NCBI RefSeq assembly: GCF_020745735.1
Contig: NC_083413.1
Span: forward strand, 20,336,001 to 20,400,000
DNA length: 64,000 bases
Direction: 5' to 3'
Origin: Hemiscyllium ocellatum
Lineage: Eukaryota
Made by a program: the position numbers and the translations under genes
Shown: piece by piece, positions 59,378 through 64,000 of the stretch
How positions within the stretch are numbered: the stretch's first letter is position 1
Layout of the letters: each line of letters starts with the position of its first letter
The notes under the pieces: model-generated
Told to the model about the DNA's origin: nothing
What the model saw: the letters and a program-made list of their open reading frames with translations, nothing else
The model's database searches: none

Positions 59378-62300
59378 GTAGGTAACACAATCATAGAATT
59401 GTAGAATCCCTATGCGCGGAAGAGGTCATTCGACCTCTCTGAAGAGCTCCTACCCAGACCCTGACCCCCACTTCTTCTCCGTAACGTCGCATTTAACATG
59501 GCTATCCCACCTAGCCTGCACATCCTGAGGCAATTTAGCATGGCCAATACACCTAACGTGCACATCTTTGAACAGCAGCAACCAAACAAAAAAAATCCCG
59601 ATTTCACATAACCACTGTACCGAATAATTTCCTGGATTTAGAGGGGAATCACCAACTGCAGCATTTAAGCAGTTTTGTCTTTAACCTTAATTATGTTCTG
59701 ATATTTTGAATGCGATAACTACTTCGGCAGAATAATGATTATTCTTAGCTATCTACATTATTTCACAAAGTCGAATTTCACGTAAGTACAAAATTATATC
59801 TCATGAAGAGTCACATAAGATTCAATCATTTGGGACTCTGCTTCTGTGCTGCAGATGCTGCTGAGTTTCTCTGGCATTCCCTGTGTTCGTGTTTGTTTAA
59901 TGAGACCGTGGTTACTTGTAGCGACGTGGAATTTTTGACGTTTTTTTGTTGTAAAAATGGCAATGTGGGCGACAGAAACTTCTAATAGAATCTCAATGCA
60001 TCGAAAGTACACTGAATATAAATGACGTGGGTATTAATAAGAAATACTCTGTGTACCAAGGGTGATGTTGTCGGAATTCGTTAAGCAATCTTCCACGTCT
60101 ATTTGCAAACAAAATCTGAACAATGTTCGGCAAAGATGTAATGATTTGGACAGAACCCAAAACACAATTTCTAAAGATGTAGGTGGCGGAAACTTGGAGG
60201 TAGAGATTTTGAACGTTGAGCGGACTGCAATAAATTGTGAGATTTGCAAAACAGGCAAGTAGCGCAATGAAGTTGAATACTAAAATATATATAATAGTAC
60301 ATTTAGCTAAGAATAATAGGGAGATCATTTATTACTTTGGATGCTTAGGCAGAATAGAAAAATATAAGAGATGCTGCTCAGATGATTAATCTGAAAGGGA
60401 TTGGCCGGCTGGCTTTCTTTTCTCTTGAAGTTGTGGGTGACCTAACAGAGGTCTGTAATGTTATGAAAGACTGAAAAAAACGTTACAGAGAATACCTCCT
60501 TGTATGGGGAAGAACATCACGAGAGGCCATCAAGTCAATACCATTACCGATATAGACAGGCATTCTTTAGTCAGGAATAAAGCATTGGTATACGCTGTTA
60601 ATCGTGGTTAAAGCAACTGTTTTAGCTTGCTATTTTGGTACGGGCTTGAAAGTTCCTCTGCATGCGCTCAGCAATATTTGACAGAATGGCGAGGGCCCAG
60701 AGCAGGATGCGGATATCGCCGCGCTGCGTTCCCTTTGAGCTCATTGGAGGGAGACCTGGGCGGCATAGTGCCTTAGTGGTTAGCACTGCTGCCTCGTAGC
60801 ATTAGCGCCCCAGGGTCGATTCCAGCCTCGGGTGACTATCGGTATTGAGTTTGCGCATTCTCCCTGTGTCTGCGTGGGTTTCTTCTGTGCGGTCCGGTTC
60901 CCTCCCACATTCCAAAGACCTGTAGGTCAGGTGAATTGGCCATGCTCAGTTGCCCATAGTGTTAGTTGCATTAGTCAGAGGAAAATGGGCCCCAAGGTGT
61001 TGATCCTATAGAACGCACTATGCCGGGCTAAAGAGAGGTGTGGAACAGCAGGGGCTTTGCCGATCGGTTGCTGTGGGAGCTGACATGAGGTTAGGAATGC
61101 CAGGGCTAATTGGATAGTCCCACTGGCGGCCATGTTTTCAAACAAATGGAATCCCGTCGTAAATTATGGGATATGGCGGGGCTAATGGTCCAATATTGCT
61201 CAAGAATGTGATCCATCGTATAGTGATCATGTGTTCCGAAGACGGCCTTTCTGGAAAACCGCAAGTTCCAGCGTGAATCGGTGGCTATAACCTGCTGTTG
61301 TGTGATTTTTAACTTTGTCGACCCCAGTCCAACACAGGCACCTCCAAGTCATCATTTCCGTTCACGTCTACCCCACAGGTTTGATATCGCCACCTTTCGC
61401 CTGATACAGACCATGATATTTGCTATTGAAGAAATAAACCAGAGCGAAACTCTACTTCCGAATATCACTTTGGGATATGAGATCTACGATGACTGCTCGA
61501 TCTCCGCGATAGCGGCCAAAGCAGCGCTGGCTTTGGTGAATGGAGAGCAAGAATTAATTGAGTACCCTGAATGTAAAGGTTCCTCAAATGTGGCAGCAAT
61601 TATTGGCTGTGATATATCCACGTCCTCCATGACAGTTGCAAGAACGGTTGGAACATTCGGAATTCCAATGGTAAGGTATTTGATTGCATTTTTACAATGC
61701 CGTTAGAATCATAGATTCTTTACAGTGTGCTCATAAGTGCACACAACGTGTAGCGATACTGCAATCATTAAGGTTACTTCAGCCCCAGACAATGTTCAAG
61801 ATTCCAGCAGAATAATCGATTAGTTCCTTCTCATGCAACCTCATGTGCTATTTATTGCAAACTTCAGCTTCTCATGTGTCCTTTTTTTCTCCACAAATGA
61901 TATATTTTGTTCGATTATTTCCAATGGTAAGCGTTCATGTGTAATACAGCACTTAATAAAATTCATAAACAAACAAAATGCATTCACACTGACAATATTC
62001 GACTGTAATGTTTTCAAAATGATTCTATAATGATGAATATATATTCACATTTGTCTGCACTGAAAATTCTGCAGGTTAGTCATTTTTCCACTTGCCCCTG
62101 CCTGAGCGATAAGCAAGAATACCCGACTTTCTTCAGAACGATACCAAGCGATAAAGATCAGTCCAAACTTCTCGCTGAACTCGTGAAAACATTTGGCTGG
62201 AATTGGATTGGGACAATCAGAAGCAACACAGATTATGGGAATTTTGCGATGAGAACATTTATCGAAGAGGCCCAAAAAGTTGGTGTTTGCATGGCCTATT

Positions 62301-63859
62301 CTGAATCGTTTTACAGAACCGATCCCGCCGAGAAAATCAGCAAAATAGTGCAGGTGATGAAAGAGGCAACCACAAAGGTTGTGATTGGATTTGTGCATAG
62401 CGGAGATATGAGAGTGTTAATTAAGGAGATTTTGCGCCAAAATGTAACGGGGTTACAGTGGATTGGAAGTGAAGGCTGGCTTACAGAAGATATATTGCCA
62501 CCTGAAGACAAAGCAAGGTTTCTCATTGGGGCCATTGGTCTAACAACTCCTTGGACAGAAATAGCCGGCCTCAGAGATTATCTTTTAAAAATTCATCCTT
62601 CTAAGTTTCCCGACGACACTTTTGTGAAGACGTTTTGGGAAACCCTATTCTCGTGCTCTTTAACGACGGGCCACACGACAAAGTCTGGAAATTCCACTTT
62701 TCACGTCCAGCCATGCACAGGGAATGAGCATTTAGATGGATTAGAAAATGGCTACCTTCCTGCGATAATGGACGGAAGTTCCTACCGTGTGTACAAAGCG
62801 GTCTATGCTGTCGCTCATGCACTTGACGATATGCTGTCTTGTGAAGAAGACAATGGCCCGTTTATGAATAATACTTGTGCTCACATTTCAAGCTTTGAGC
62901 ACTGGCAGGTAGGAAAATGTTTAATTTTGTTCCTTTCGGCTTTCTTTTAAAAATCTGATTTGGAATAATTGAATATTTCCCAGAGAATGAGAGAAAACAT
63001 GACAATAGGTCAATAATATATCAAAAGGAAAACTGAATATCAGAAATATTGGAAATTCACTCGCATAGAAAGGTGGATATCAAACCTTAAATACATTATT
63101 ATAAAGATATCCAAGGCCTGAAGACCTTCAGCAGCATCCTATGAACAATAAAGTACGTGCGAGGTTTTTCACCTGTTGTGATGTAGAAAATAGAAAAGCT
63201 ACATTATTGGCAAGGACTTACAACTAATAACAATGTGATAAGTGCTCAATGTTTGTTGTCAGATAGGCAGTGGCAAGCTTCTTCTTTTCACTATAATAAA
63301 AGGCCTTATATCTCGTAGAATATTTAATTTTAAAAAATGTGACTCCGCCAATTCATCACTCACTGGGAGCTACTCTGCATTATCAGTCAAATCTCTGCCA
63401 TATTCTCAATCAGAGCCATTGTGCTAATATTGACATTTCAATCTGAAACGCAAGGTCAGAAACTTGCAAAAATGTTCGATGGATCTTTAAATTTTATTTG
63501 TTTCTCCCCGGGTACTAATTTGTGATAACATTTGTTTCTAAATAATCGGTGTTCATTTTTAGAAATAAATTTTAATACATGCATCCAAATGACAGCCAAA
63601 GATTTATATACCTTGCATTGTTCTCCTGTAGCTGCTGCATTACCTAGACTCGGTAAATTTCACTGCTAACACTGAGGAAATCGTGTATTTTGACGAAAGT
63701 GGTGATCCAGTCCCAGCGTATGATTTAATAAATTTACAAATGAATTTGGAAGGTTCACTTGAAATTGTGAAAGTTGGATATTATGATGGTTCCGCGCCGG
63801 AGGGACATAAACTTGTCCTGAATATCGGAGATATCATCTGGAGCTCCACTGAAAAGCAG
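59169..63859 (+). CDS. V2R/OlfC receptor gene E, exons 1-4, continues beyond window; join(59169-59377,61379-61670,62075-62908,63632-63859)
   Basis: Exon sizes 209/292/834/228 identical to gene A, GT-AG sites intact, no stops or frameshifts seen; exons 5-6 are outside the window. Confidence 0.92.
60759..60990 (+). mobile_element. HE1-like SINE
   Basis: Same head and core as 23183. Confidence 0.75.
61379..61670 (+). CDS. V2R gene E exon 2
   Basis: cag|GTTTGATATC ... CCAATG|gtaagg, 292 bp. Confidence 0.92.
62075..62908 (+). CDS. V2R gene E exon 3
   Basis: cag|GTTAGTCAT ... TGGCAG|gtagga, 834 bp open. Confidence 0.94.
63632..63859 (+). CDS. V2R gene E exon 4
   Basis: tag|CTGCTGCAT ... AAGCAG|gtattt, 228 bp. 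Confidence 0.92.
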
Positions 63860-64000
63860 GTATTTTCTTTATCAGTGGCACTGAGAAGCGCAGTTTAAAT
63901 AATGAGATTTCGTTGCAAAAAAAAATTAAAAAGAAGAGCGACTGTTTTGATGGACCATTAGACTCTCCCTGTCACTGGTCAGGTTGTTATTTATTGTCCT

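Overview
Vertebrate (elasmobranch/shark-type) genomic DNA, judged from HE1-like tRNA-derived SINEs and abundant CR1 LINEs. The window is part of a tandem, + strand cluster of V2R/OlfC (CaSR-like class C GPCR) chemoreceptor genes. It holds one complete 6-exon gene (A, 19730-30593, 860 aa), one apparently intact gene running off the right end (E, exons 1-4, 59169-63859) and three partial pseudogenes: exon 1 only at 8480; exon 1 + exon 6 at 32739-38420; half of exon 3 to exon 6 at 45451-50403. The remainder is nested retroelements: many CR1 LINEs, one Tx1/L1-clade LINE with a 12-bp TSD, Penelope-like elements (PLEs), a Gmr1-type Gypsy relic and a solo LTR. The least routine signals are: (i) a family of minimal hammerhead-ribozyme motifs in PLE-derived insertions, including a 28-29 bp insertion that is only the catalytic core, ends at the predicted cleavage site and has its own TSD; (ii) a 189-bp near-perfect copy of the intron-1 acceptor region in front of the intron-2 acceptor of gene A; (iii) PLEs sitting at the breakpoints where two receptor copies lost exons; (iv) promoter motifs identical in the two intact genes and decayed in the pseudogenes. 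All calls were made by eye; repeat boundaries without TSDs are approximate.
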